The notes: a model not told the origin generated them from the sequence alone. Positions 20,029 to 32,344 are shown, counted from the stretch's first letter. The stretch is 64,000 nucleotides of DNA from Candidatus Sulfomarinibacteraceae bacterium (GCA_963796455.1 CAWCLO010000006.1:128001-192000); one strand, 5' to 3'. Numbers and translations: made by a program.

Positions 20029-21164
20029 CAAAGACCCAGCCATTTCGACAGGATCACCAGGCCGACGCCGGCTGCCAGAGCGACGACCTCAATCGGTAAC
20101 GCCAGGCGCATCTCCCGCTTGACGCCCGACGGCGACGTAAAGGTCGAGGCTCCGGTGAAATTCATGGCGACAAAGGCCGCCACGGCGGTTCCGACCATCA
20201 ACCAACCGCTCGCCTCGAAAATCCAGTTGTCGCCCGCCGGTTCGGGCCAACGCGACCAGAGGACAGCTGCCACCAGCGGCAGGCCGACCAGCGCCCCTTT
20301 GAGCGCGAATGGCCGAGGGGGTATCCATGGTAAAAGGGCCGGCACCACCACCGCGCCCGCAACAACTGCGGCGAGCACCACCAGCACCCCGGTGATACCC
20401 TGCTCGAGCGCTCCGGCGACAAATCCTCCCTTGCCGGCGAGCCCACCGAACAACAAAAGAAACGCGATCACGGGGATCGCAATCTTGAGGGCCGCCACCA
20501 ACTCGACCGGGATGACCGCCAAGCGGTCACGAAACCCGAACCGACGACGCCTCATGGACGGCGTCGCCTCCATGCCATTAGCCAGGAAGTCCGGCACGTC
20601 CTCGGCCAGGACGGGCCCCCAGACGACCTCGAATCCGCTTCGTGCGACCACTTCGTGCGCGGCGATGCCGGGCGCACCCAACTGCGGCACGATCAACCGG
20701 CGGTGAACCACCACCCGGCCGAGATCAGCACTCGCAACCCGGCGCACCAGCTCATCCGTGCCGAAGGTTCCCTTGCCCGCCGCGCACCATACATTGACGC
20801 CGGCGGTATCGAGGACGAGGATCCAGACATCGAGTCCTACCGCAGCACTCCTGAGGTGATCGAAGCTGAGTTTGTAATTGGCGGTCACCAGTATTGGAGA
20901 CATGGGATCGGGAGCGCCCAAGGCGTAGAGACCGGGAGGAACTGTGTAGTCCATCCGGCCGACTCCCCAGCGGACTTTGGTCTTTCCCCACCGGTCAGCC
21001 GGACCGAGTTCGCCGCTGACGCGCGGCACAGCACCGGACGCGGTGCCCGTCCACCCCACCACGAAATCCTGGTGGAACGGGTTGTCGGCCTCACGGGCCG
21101 ACGCTCCCGTTCCTCAAGACGGCGGCGGGGCAGGGTTGGCGGTCGACAGATCGGCATCACTCAC
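20028..21164 (-). CDS. hgcA: Mercury methylation corrinoid protein HgcA; probable Sec at codon 17 (TGA 21116-21114)
   Basis: PGLYALG, VTANYKLSFD, cap helix GVNVWCAAGKGTFG, PQLGAPG, C-terminal TM helices, NFTGASTFTSPSGVKREM. The hgcA call is secure; the 5' extension to GTG 21164 is inferred (ORF track starts at 21062). Confidence 0.95.
21074..21113 (-). promoter_or_regulatory. Candidate bacterial SECIS element
   Basis: Directly after the in-frame UGA: GGAACGGG-AGC-GUCGGCC-[CGUGA]-GGCCGAC-AA-CCCGUUCC. Confidence 0.75.
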
Positions 21165-21293
21165 GCAGTCGATTGTACCTGCGCTTATTCCGCGTTCGCG
21201 CACGTCGGAACTCAGGGAGGCCGGAAGTGAACCGGATGCTGCAGGACCGATCTCAACCGAGCGCGAGCACGAAAAAATCCGTACACTGCTCGC

Positions 21294-21920
21294 ATGATCG
21301 AGATCCTCATCGCAGGAGCCGCATTTGGTCTCAGCGCCGGTCTCTCGCCCGGTCCGATGCTGGCGCTGGTGGTGTCGGAGGCCGCGGCCAAGGGCCGCGC
21401 CGCGGGCCTCGCCATCGCCGCCGCTCCCCTCCTCAGCGACGGTCCGATCATCGCCGCCTCGATTTATCTGCTGGGCCGAGTCGAGGATTCTCAGGCGGCG
21501 CTCGGCATCCTCTCCCTGGTCGGAGGGGGATTGCTTGCGTCCTACGGAATCTCGGGGCTTCGCATCAAGCCTTACAAAATCGATGAAGAGCCTCGTCGTC
21601 TGCAGATCTGGCAGTCACTCGGGAAGGGCGTGGCAGCCAACTTCCTCAATCCGAATCCATACCTCTTCTGGCTGACAATCGGCACCCCGTTACTGCTCCG
21701 CGCAGATGCTGCGAGTCGCCTTGTCGCGGCCCTGTTCCTGGTGCTTTTTTATATTGGACTGGTGGGGTCAAAAGCTGTACTGGCTGTCCTGGTGGCCCGT
21801 TCGAGATCGGTCATCACGGGCCCCGGCTATCTCTGGGTCAACCGGATTCTCGCCCTCGTCCTGCTGGTCTACGCGGCGCTTTTCATCCGCGACGGACTCA
21901 GTCGCCTCATGGGTGTATGA
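21294..21920 (+). CDS. LysE family translocator
   Basis: LSPGP, NFLNPNPYLFW, multiple TM segments. Confidence 0.9.
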   Translation: MIEILIAGAAFGLSAGLSPGPMLALVVSEAAAKGRAAGLAIAAAPLLSDGPIIAASIYLLGRVEDSQAALGILSLVGGGLLASYGISGLRIKPYKIDEEPRRLQIWQSLGKGVAANFLNPNPYLFWLTIGTPLLLRADAASRLVAALFLVLFYIGLVGSKAVLAVLVARSRSVITGPGYLWVNRILALVLLVYAALFIRDGLSRLMGV

Positions 21921-21955
21921 CATTGAGATACCCTTGAGTAGGAACAAAGGGGATC

Positions 21956-22156
21956 ATGATGAGCGATGAAAACACCTATGAGCTGATCTCGGCGCCCTAT
22001 CCGGCCGAGCTTTCCGATGCGGTCAGCGTCCGGATCGAAGAGGGCTGGAAGGTTCTGGGCGGACCCTTCACAGACGGCGACAACTTTTATCAGGCTGTCG
22101 TACGAGCGCCTGACAAACGCCTTCGACGTGGAAGTTCCGACACCGAAAGCGCCTAG
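21956..22156 (+). CDS. Small protein, DUF1737-like
   Basis: YELIS...VSVRIEEGWKVLGGP...FYQAVV. Confidence 0.65.
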   Translation: MMSDENTYELISAPYPAELSDAVSVRIEEGWKVLGGPFTDGDNFYQAVVRAPDKRLRRGSSDTESA

Positions 22157-22186
22157 CCGGCATTTGTCACCGGTGGCTGCTGTGGG

Positions 22187-24543
22187 CTAAAACTCAAAGC
22201 TCACACCAAATGACGGAATGATCGGCAACCAGTACTCCTCTGGAAAACTCACGACAATATTTTCGAGACTGTCGCCGCGAAAATCCGGATCGGCGATGGC
22301 GATACCGCGGAGATTCTCCCGATTTGTCAGGTTCTGAACATCGATAAAGAAGGTCAGCAGACCCTTTCGACCCAACTTTGACGTCCGGCTGGCCCGGAAA
22401 TCGATGCGGAAATAGTCCTCGAGCGTTTCCTGGTAGAAGGGACCGACATCGTAGGACAGGCTCAGACCACCGTCCGGATCCTGGACCAGATGGGCCTCCA
22501 CCGCGGTCGCCGGCCACCCGGTGTGATAGTTGACCACGCCGGTCAGGCTCCACTTGGGGCCCGGGCGCCAGCTCAGCCCGCCGATCACCGAGTGGGGCTG
22601 ATTCACATAGCGCGGAGTGTCGATGCCGTTCAGTTTGTCCTCGATGGAAGAGAATGCATAGCTGAACCACCAATCCAAGGACCCGCCCTTCCGGCTTGCC
22701 AGATAGACTTCGACTCCGTGAGCACTGACTGACTCGGGCACGATCAGAGCCAGATCGGTCGCGAACTCGGGAACCGGGCTGAAGGGATCGAAGATCGTCT
22801 CCCAGCGCCGGTGGGGCTCACTCACTTCTCTCACATAGGCATCGATCCTGAGTACGATCTCGGATCCGAGATCGGTCTCGAATCCAGCCGTCAGATGCTC
22901 AGCCGTTTGCGCATTCTGAAATTCGGTCTCCCCGAACTGCACCTGGAGTTCGTACGGCCGCTGGGATTGAGAATATCGACCCCACCCGAGACGCAGCATG
23001 GAAGACGAACCGAGGTTGTAGAGCAGGTTGAGACGGGGGCTGATCTGGTCGTCGTCCGTCAGGGTCTGTCTGTCGTAACGAAGCCCCGCTTCAACCGTGA
23101 ATCGATTGCCAAAGCGCAGGCGATCGGAGACGTAGACCCCATATTGCTCGCCATCGTAGGTGTCGTGAAAACTGTCGACACGAACTCCGGGGTAGAAACG
23201 GGGGTCGTCGATCGGATCCTGGATCTGGGCGTTCAGTTCATAGTCGTAGCTGACCTCATAGTGGCGGAGGTCAAAGCCCCAGCGGAGGTAGTTGCGTTCG
23301 CCGATCTCGTGCTGCCAACCCTGCCGAAGACCGTAGAAGCGATCATCTCGAACATCGACCATGTCGAAAAACTCGTCGGGCTCGTCGATGGCCAGAAAAT
23401 CGCGACCGATGGTGATATTGCCGAAATAGAGCGCCGTGTTCACAAAGGACTTTGACGCCGATAACCCCCTGGTGGCCCAGCCACAGGTATTTGCTGGTGT
23501 AGCCGGAATTCACATCCACGTACTCGTCTTCGTCGTCCTCCTCGAACAAGAGGTCGTCGTCCGCATAGAGGACCGCCAAGGAGAACGCATTTTTATTGTT
23601 CGGCGCATAGGCAAGCTTGCCGAAGGCATCCCAATAGCGCGGGTCCGGCGGGTCGCCATCTTCATCGTTGCCGCCGGTCGCTTTCAAGATGAAATCGAGG
23701 TAGCCCCGCCGCGCGGAGGCCAGCCAACTGCCCTTGCCACCCGCAAAGATGCCCCCGGTATTGACCCACGCGGTTGTCAGACTGATCCCGACTCCGGTTC
23801 GGGTCTTCTTCGGCTCGACGGTATCCATGTCGAGAACGGCCGTCATCCGGTCGCCGTATTCTGCGGTGAATCCGCCGGGTGTGAGCTCCATGCCGCCGAT
23901 CATCTCCGGATCCAAAATGCTGAACACACCCTGGAAATCCTTGAGGTGAAAGGGCTCCATTACTTCCTGACCATCGAGGGTCACGAGCATCTCGTCGTAG
24001 AGCCCGCCGCGAACGACGAACCGGGCTGAGAAATCGGAACCCGATGTTCCCGGCAGGACTTGGACCGCACGGAAGAGATCGTCCCCGAAGTGGGGCAGCT
24101 CCCGGATCTGCTGACGATCGAGGGCCACCGCGGCTGCCGGCGCCTCGCGAAGGAGCGAAGCGCTGGCGGTCACAACGATTTCCTTGAGTGGGATCAGCAT
24201 AGCCTGGAGTCGAAAATTGACCTCGGTGGTCTCCCCGCTCGAGACGACGACGTTTTCCAGGCCTTCGCCGATAAAACCAGTGGCCGTTGTTTCGAGCCGG
24301 TGGGAGCCGACCGGAACATCGGTAGAATCGAAATCCACCATTCGCGTCGGTGATCGCGGATTCACCTGTAGTGGTATCGGTCACCAGCGCGGACACCACC
24401 GGCCGCCCTGCCTCATCCACGACGCGGCCCTGAATTGCGCCAACGGCCGAATCGGCCTCCTGGCCCGCCGACACCGTTCCGATTGACAACATCACCAAAG
24501 CCACGGCGGCCAAGGTGCTGCGAACTGTCCGACGATCGTTCAT
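22187..24543 (-). CDS. TonB-dependent receptor with N-terminal carboxypeptidase-regulatory-like domain (frameshifts near 24324 and 23455)
   Basis: Three overlapping ORFs give signal peptide plus IQGRVVD, plug LPG...VRGG...GGFTAEYGDR, and a barrel ending FGVSFEF. Confidence 0.85.
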
Positions 24544-24847
24544 CGTTCCCCCACCCCATCAAATTCCGCAATGCCGTTGTTCCGGCTACGCGGTCCTACT
24601 TCAATATGTTTCGCGGAAAACAGCCTCGCTTGATGCAATTGCGATGATGGCATGAGGGTTTGTTGAGGTTTGAGCCCGCAGAACCGTTGTTGGTTTTGAG
24701 CCTCTCCGGCCCGGGCCGCCGAAGACACCCATCGACAGTTGAGGGAATGAGCCGATATGCACGTCTTTTTTGATCGCATCATTTCGAGACAAGTGATTAT
24801 TTTCGGGACACTCAAGCGATATTGCGCCAAAAAATCAGAGCGGTTTT

Positions 24848-24863
24848 TGGCACCTATTTTGCA
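24848..24863 (+). promoter_or_regulatory. Sigma-54 (RpoN) -24/-12 promoter
   Basis: TGGCAC-CTATT-TTGCA matches TGGCAC-N5-TTGC; 30 bp before the SD-preceded ATG at 24894. Confidence 0.7.
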
Positions 24864-24893
24864 GTCAGAATGAATTCGAATGGGGGAGAAATA

Positions 24894-27800
24894 ATGAACC
24901 GTCTGCTACATTGCTCGCCTTGGCTGCATTTCTATCTGTGTCCTGACCGTGCTGACCTTTGGCCTCGGGATGGCTGAAGCGGCCACCTACCCCTTCGCTG
25001 ACGATTTCGAAAGCGGTCTCGGCAACTGGACAGCGGAGGCGCCGTGGGGCGCAACCACGGCGTATTACTCGTCTCCGGTCTCCTCGGCCACCGACAGCCC
25101 CTCCACCTACTACGGGGCGTCGGTGGACGCCTCTCTGGTATTGGCCTCATCAATCGATCTCACATCGGCGACCCGGCCGGTCCTTCGTTTCTACCACCGG
25201 CACCAACTCGAGGACGGCTACGACTTCGGCCATGTGGAGATTTCGACCGACGGTGGCTCGACCTGGACCGCACCGGTGGCGAGTTACACGGGGGCCTCTG
25301 CGACGTGGATCCGCGAGCAGATCGACCTCAGTTCGTACACTGCCTCCAACGACGTTCGCATCCGTTTCCGCCTGGTTTCGGACAACACGGTGTCTCAGGA
25401 CGGCTGGTACGTCGACGACGTTGTCATCGCCGAAGGACCGGATTCAGTCACCCTCGATACGCCGGTGACGATCACCCCGAACTCGGTCGACCTCACCTGG
25501 GACGAGTCCCTGGAGGCCGATTTTTCGGTCTACCGGATCTACCGCGCATCCACCGCCACTTTCGACTGGCGCGATGCCGCACTTGTGGCGGAAATCGACG
25601 ACCCGGCAGTTCTCGAACACACCGACATCACGGTCACCCCGAAGACCACCTTCTACTACCAGATCATGGTGCTGACCTCCAGCGACCTGCACAACTCGAG
25701 CAACGAGGTCGAGGCCACGACGCCGGCGGGCATGGACTACCCATTCCTCGATGACGGCGAGGGAACCGGTTCGGCGTGGTCGGCAGACCCGCCGTGGGCT
25801 CTGAACACCGAGGAGGCCTCCTCCGGGACCCATAGCTGGTCCGACTCGCCGGGCGGCGATTATGGCGACAGTATCCCGTCACAGAGCCTGACCCTGGTCA
25901 GCCCCATCGACCTGACCTCGGCGGCCACACCTGTGCTCAGCTTCGTCCACAATTGGACCTTTGCCGCGGGCGACTCGGGCAACGCCGAGATCTCCACCGA
26001 CGACGGCAGCTCCTGGACCCCCCTCGCCATTTTCACCAACGGCACTTCGGACGGATGGGTCCGCGGACGATTCGATCTCTCCTCCTATACAACGTCGAAC
26101 GACGTCCTCGTCCGCTTCCGCACCACAACCGATCCGTCGACCGGAGCCGACGGCTGGTACGTGGACGACATCTCGGTGGCAGAGAGCCCGACGGTGGTGG
26201 ACCCGCCGATCCTCGACGAAATCACATCGCACTCCATGCGCCTCACCTGGGCGCGGTGCAACGACCTGCTCTTTTCGCACTACGCCATCCACCGCAGCGC
26301 GGCCTCCGATGTTGGAATCAACTCCACGATGATCGCCGAGATCTCGGACCAGGACACCACGACATTCACCGACACCGGTCTCGCCGTCGACACCGACTAT
26401 TACTACCGGGTCTATGCTGTGAGCCCCTACGGCACCTATTCGCCCGGCAGCACCTCGGCAAGCACTGACCGGACCGGCGGCAACGCCTATCCCTTTGTCG
26501 AAGACTTCGAGGGCTCGCTCGAGAGCTGGAATTTCACCGGAGATTGGGACGCCACCGACACCGACCAGCACGGCGGCAGCAGTTCTCTGACCGATTCACC
26601 GGATACCACATCCACACCCTCCACCACGTGGGAAGCCAGGACAACCATCGACCTGACGGGCTCAGTCTGGCCGGTCTTGCGCTTCTGGGATCGTTTTGCT
26701 CTCGCCGACGACTGGGGCTATCTCGAGGTCTCAACCAACGGCACCTCCTGGTCCAGGGTCTACAGCGTCACCGGAGCCCGCGCCGCGTGGTCCGAGCAGT
26801 CGATCGACCTGTCGCCGTGGAAGACCTCCGACAACCTCAGAATTCGATTCACCGTGGGCACCGGCGGCTCCAATGTCGACGACGGCTGGTACATCGACGA
26901 CCTCTCGGTGGCCGAGCACACGGGCAGTATCAGTCTGCCTTTCTTCGACGCCATGGAGGCCGGCACCGGCAACTGGCTTGTTGCAGCCTGGGCACCGTCC
27001 ACCGACAACCCCCACGACGGAACGTGGTCGGCACAGTCCACCCCGCAAGGCGCGACTCTTGACCGCATGGAACACGTCATGGAGCTTGCCGGTGAACTCG
27101 ACCTGTCAGCGGCCATCGACCCACAGCTCACCTACTGGGTACGCGGCGGCGTGAGCGACAACGGCAGCATCCGCGTCCGGATCTCCGTCAACGGCGGCGT
27201 CACATGGACCGACGTCCCGGGCACACCGCTCGGCGAGTACTGGAGCGGTGATTGGACCCGCATCCAGGCATCTCTGGCAGCCTACCTCCAGAGCGGCGTC
27301 AGAATCCGTTTCGTTGTCACCCAGGGCTCCTACGGCGGCGCCACCAATGTCTTCATCGATGACGTCTCCATCGAGGAAATGCCCGAAACCGTGTACCTCG
27401 GAATCCCGACTCCGCACCTCAAGTCGGTGGACCTGTCCTGGGACGAGAGCACCCTCGGCGACTTCGACCGCTACGAGGTCTATCGGTCCACGGCCGCCAA
27501 CGTCACCACCGGCAGCACCCTCGTGGCCACCTTCGACACCGAAAGCGAAACCACGTTCACCGACACCGGTCTGTCCATCGGCGCCTCTTACTACTACCGC
27601 GTCTTCGTCTTCAATTCGCGCAATGTGGCCACCCCTTCCAACGAACGCTCCACCACGACCGTGCCCCTCACCTTCCCCTTCACCGACCCCATGGAAAACC
27701 TCGATAACTGGGATGCCACCGGTACATGGGGGCCCGACGGCGCCGACCCGTACGAGGGATCGTTCTCACTCAACGACTCCCCCGGAGACAACTCCGCTTA

Positions 27801-30800
27801 CAGTGTCACCACCTACCTCCTCACCGCCATCGATCTCTCGGGCTCCACCTGGCCTGTCCTTCGCTTCCAGGACCGCCTTGGCCTCGCCAACGACTGGGGC
27901 TATCTCGAGGTCTCAACCAACGGCACCTCCTGGTCCAGGGTCTACAGCGTCACCGGGGCCCGCGCCGCGTGGTCCGAACAATCAATCGACCTGTCGCCCT
28001 GGAAGACATCCAACAACCTCAGAATTCGATTCGCCGTGGGCACCGGCGGCTCCATCGCCGGCGACGGCTGGTACATCGACGATCTCTCGGTGGCCGAGCA
28101 CACCGGCGGTTTCAGCCTGCCATTCTTCGACGATCTCGAGGCCGGCACCGGCAACTGGCTTGCTGCAGCCTGGGCACCGTCCACCGACAACCCCCACGAC
28201 GGAACGTGGTCGGCACAGTCCACACCGCAAGGCGCGACTCTTGACCGCATGGAACACGTCATGGAGCTTGCCGGTGAACTCGACCTGTCAGCGGCTATCG
28301 ACCCACAGCTCACCTACTGGGTACGCGGCGGCGTGAGCGACAACGGCAGCATCCGCGTCCGGATCTCCGTCAACGGCGGCGTCACATGGACCGACGTCCC
28401 GGGCACACCGCTCGGCGAGTACTGGAGCGGTGATTGGACCCGCATCCAGGCATCTCTGGCAGCCTACCTCCAGAGCGGCGTCAGAATCCGTTTCGTTGTC
28501 ACCCAGGGCTCCTACGGCGGCGCCACCAATGTCTTCATCGATGACGTCTCCATCGAGGAAATGCCCGAAACCGTGTACCTCGGAATCCCGACTCCGCACC
28601 TCAAGTCGGTGGACCTGTCCTGGGACGAGAGCACCCTCGGCGACTTCGACCGCTACGAGGTCTATCGGTCCACGGCCGCCAACGTCACCACCGGCAGCAC
28701 CCTCGTGGCCACCTTCGACACCGAAAGCGAAACCACGTTCACCGACACCGGTCTGTCCATCGGCGCCTCTTACTACTACCGCGTCTTCGTCTTCAATTCG
28801 CGCAATGTGGCCACCCCTTCCAACGAACGCTCCACCACGACCGTGCCCCTCACCTTCCCCTTCACCGACCCCATGGAAAACCTCGATAACTGGGATGCCA
28901 CCGGTACATGGGGGCCCGACGGCGCCGACCCGTACGAGGGATCGTTCTCACTCAACGACTCCCCCGGAGACAACTCCGCTTACAGTGTCACCACCTACCT
29001 CCTCACCGCCATCGATCTCTCGGGCTCCACCTGGCCTGTCCTTCGCTTCCAGGACCGCCTTGGCCTCGCCAACGACTGGGGCTATCTCGAGGTCTCAACC
29101 AACGGTACCTCCTGGTCCAGGGTCTACAGCGTCACCGGGGCCCGCGCCGCGTGGTCCGAACAATCAATCGACCTGTCGCCCTGGAAGACATCCAACAACC
29201 TCAGAATTCGATTCGCCGTGGGCACCGGCGGCTCCATCGCCGGCGACGGCTGGTACATCGACGATCTCTCGGTGGCCGAGCACACCGGCGGTTTCAGCCT
29301 GCCATTCTTCGACGATCTCGAGGCCGGCACCGGCAACTGGCTTGCTGCAGCCTGGGCACCGTCCACCGACAACCCCCACGACGGAACGTGGTCGGCACAG
29401 TCCACACCGCAAGGCGCGACTCTTGACCGCATGGAACACGTCATGGAGCTTGCCGGTGAACTCGACCTGTCAGCGGCTATCGACCCACAGCTCACCTACT
29501 GGGTACGCGGCGGCGTGAGCGACAACGGCAGCATCCGCGTCCGGATCTCCGTCAACGGCGGCGTCACATGGACCGACGTCCCGGGCACACCGCTCGGCGA
29601 GTACTGGAGCGGTGATTGGACCCGCATCCAGGCATCTCTGGCAGCCTACCTCCAGAGCGGCGTCAGAATCCGTTTCGTTGTCACCCAGGGCTCCTACGGC
29701 GGCGCCACCAATGTCTTCATCGATGACGTCTCCATCGAGGAAATGCCCGAAGTCGTGACCCTGGCCACCCCCGATCAGATCACTATCTCTTCCATGCGGC
29801 TACAATGGAACGACCTCAATGACCCCGACTTCAAGGCGTACGCGATCTACCGTTCGCCGACCTCAACCGTCGACACGAATTCCGAGCTCATTACCACTAT
29901 TACCGAGCAGGCAACGACCGAGTTCGTCGACACCGGCCTCCAGGCCCGCACCTCCTATTACTATCGGGTCTACTTCGTCGACACAGCCGACGTCCACGCT
30001 CCCTCCAACAGCACTTCCGCCATGACCTTCGGTGTGACCGTGCCGTTTCACGACGATTTCGAATCCGACAGTGGGGTCTGGACCTTCACCGGCGAGTGGG
30101 GCCGCGTCACCGATGCCGGTGTCGGAAACTCCATGAGCCTCGGCGACTCGCCCGGTGATTTCACATCCAACGTGGACACCTGGGCCGTCACCGGAGTCGA
30201 TCTTTCGGGCACAACGTGGCCCGTGGTGGCATTCGACGAACGTTTTGATTTTGCGGGTCACTGGGGCCGCTTCGAGGTCTCATCGAACGGCGGTGCCAAC
30301 TGGACCGTTCTCCACGGCGCCACGACAAGCCATACCGGGTGGGTCCAACGACGGTTCGACCTCTCGCCGTGGCGCGGCCAGGCGCAGGTGTGGATCCGCT
30401 ACTTCGTCGACGCCAACAGCGGCGTGCCAGCCGACGGCTGGCATATCGACAACCTCTATATCGGTGAGAACCTCATCGAAGGGTCATCGAGCTATCCCTT
30501 CTTCGACGGATTCGAAGACGGCGACGGGAACTGGCTCCAAGGCGGGTGGACGCTGATAGACGACAACCCGTACGAAGGCTCGACGAGCATCCTCGACACG
30601 CCTGCGAGCCGCCTCGGCAATTCCGAGCTGTGGCTGACCTACGGCAGCGAGCTCGACCTGTCATCGGCCACCGATCCCCTGCTGACCTTCCAGGTGCGGG
30701 GCAACCTCCCCTATCGAACCAACTTCCGGGTTGAGGTCTCCACCGACGGCGGCAAAGCATGGCAAGACCTCCCGTCACTGCAAATCAACTACTACTGGGG

Positions 30801-32316
30801 TCCGAGCCCCTGGGTGCGAATGCAGACATCGCTGGCCGGCTATCTGGTCACGAATCTGAGGCTGCGCTTCCGAGGGCTCGGCAGCTATGGTGGCGACGAA
30901 AATATTTTCCTCGACAACATCGCGGTGGGCGAACAGACGCCTGGCGCGCCTACCCTCAGTGCTCCAGCCTGGGGCGGAGACGAGCCCACCGTGAGGCCCA
31001 CCCTGATCGTGAAAAACGCCATCGATTACCAGAGCGATCTCATGAACTACGAGTACCAGGTCTTTGATGACTCGGAGCTCACCAATATCGTCGCCGACGT
31101 GCCGGCGGTCGCGGGCGGCAGCGACACCACCTCCTGGCCTGTCGACGAAGACCTCCTCCCCGACACCCAGTACTGGTGGCGCTGCCGGGCCACCGACGAT
31201 TCGGACCACACCGGTCCGTGGATGGAGACCGCCACCTTCTTCGTCCAACTCGAGGATCATCCACCGACAGTTCCGGTTCTGCTCGCTCCGGCCGATGGGG
31301 GTGAACTGGCGGATCTTACCGGCCGTTTGACCTGGCTCGAATCCACCGATCCGGACGAGGACAGCGGTGACTACGTCGCGAGCTATCGGGTCCAGATCGA
31401 TGACGATCCCGCCTTCGGCTCGATCGACGTCGACGTGACCGGAATCACGGTCTCGACCAAGGCCACGGGCGCACTCAGCGTTGCGCTTTCCGACCTCACG
31501 GGCTCCGACAGCCTCGTCACCGGAACCCTCTACCACTGGCGGGTCAACGCCAAGGACAGCCACGGCGTGGCCTCGGATTGGTCGGCCGGTCCGACTCGCT
31601 TCATCTTCGGCTCCGACGAACAGGCGCCGACCTGTGCAATCAGCTCCCCAGCCGACGATGCCACCGTGACCGGAACCCCGATCACTATCACCGGCACCGC
31701 CAGCGACGATATCTCGGGACCGGACATCATCGAGATTTCAACCGACGGCGGCTCCACCTGGACCCAGGCGGTCGGCTCGGATTCGTGGACCCACCAGTGG
31801 TGGCCGGCTCTCAGCGGCGACTACGAACTGAGCTGCCGCGCCACCGACCTCGCCGAGAACGCGGGAACGACATCGACTCCCATCACGGTCCACGCCGATC
31901 TCGACCGGACGATGTCCTTCGGCGAGGGAAGCGCGGAGATCAACGAGGACGTCGGGAGCTACAATGTGACCGTCACCCTGAGCGCGGCCCGAGCGACCGA
32001 GGTCACCGCAGAGTTACTCGTCACCGGAAGCGCCTCCTCGGGGTCGGACTTCGACGAACCTCCCCAGACGATCCGCTTCTTTCCCGGCCAGACCACTCTC
32101 GTCTTTCCGGTGTCGATCACCGATGACGACGAATTCGAGGGCGACGAAACGATTCAGTTGACCCTCGGCAGCACCAATGTCCCCGACATCACGATCGGCG
32201 CGGTCGGGGTTGTCACCCTGACCATCCTCGACAACGATGTGGCCCCCGATCCGTTCATATTCAGCAACGGCTTCGAGGATGGAGACCTTGCGGCCTGGAC
32301 CGCCCACGTCCCCTGA
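24894..32316 (+). CDS. Giant secreted/surface protein (~2470 aa): repeated jelly-roll (MAM/InhA-like) and FN3 domains, Ig-like and Calx-beta domains
   Basis: Repeated FxDDFE...STxGGxxW...GWYIDD modules, FN3 (DLSW...YYYRV), DDDEFEGDETI Calx-beta, C-terminal IFSNGFEDGD. ORF track starts at 24949; the SD-preceded ATG 24894 needs one base removed near 24900. Confidence 0.85.
26700..29751 (+). repeat. 1182-bp (394-aa) intragenic tandem repeat, about 2.6 near-identical periods
   Basis: Identical shadow ORFs recur at +1182 (27248/28430, 27594/28776); synonymous C/T difference at 27924 vs 29106. Left boundary approximate. Confidence 0.92.
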
Positions 32317-32344
32317 TTCGTCATTCTCATTGAGATCGTCCGCC

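Noticed and set aside
20028..21164. CO dehydrogenase/acetyl-CoA synthase corrinoid subunit instead of HgcA
   Set aside because: The NVWCAAGK cap helix, TM domain and adjacent hgcB are diagnostic, and no Wood-Ljungdahl genes are nearby.
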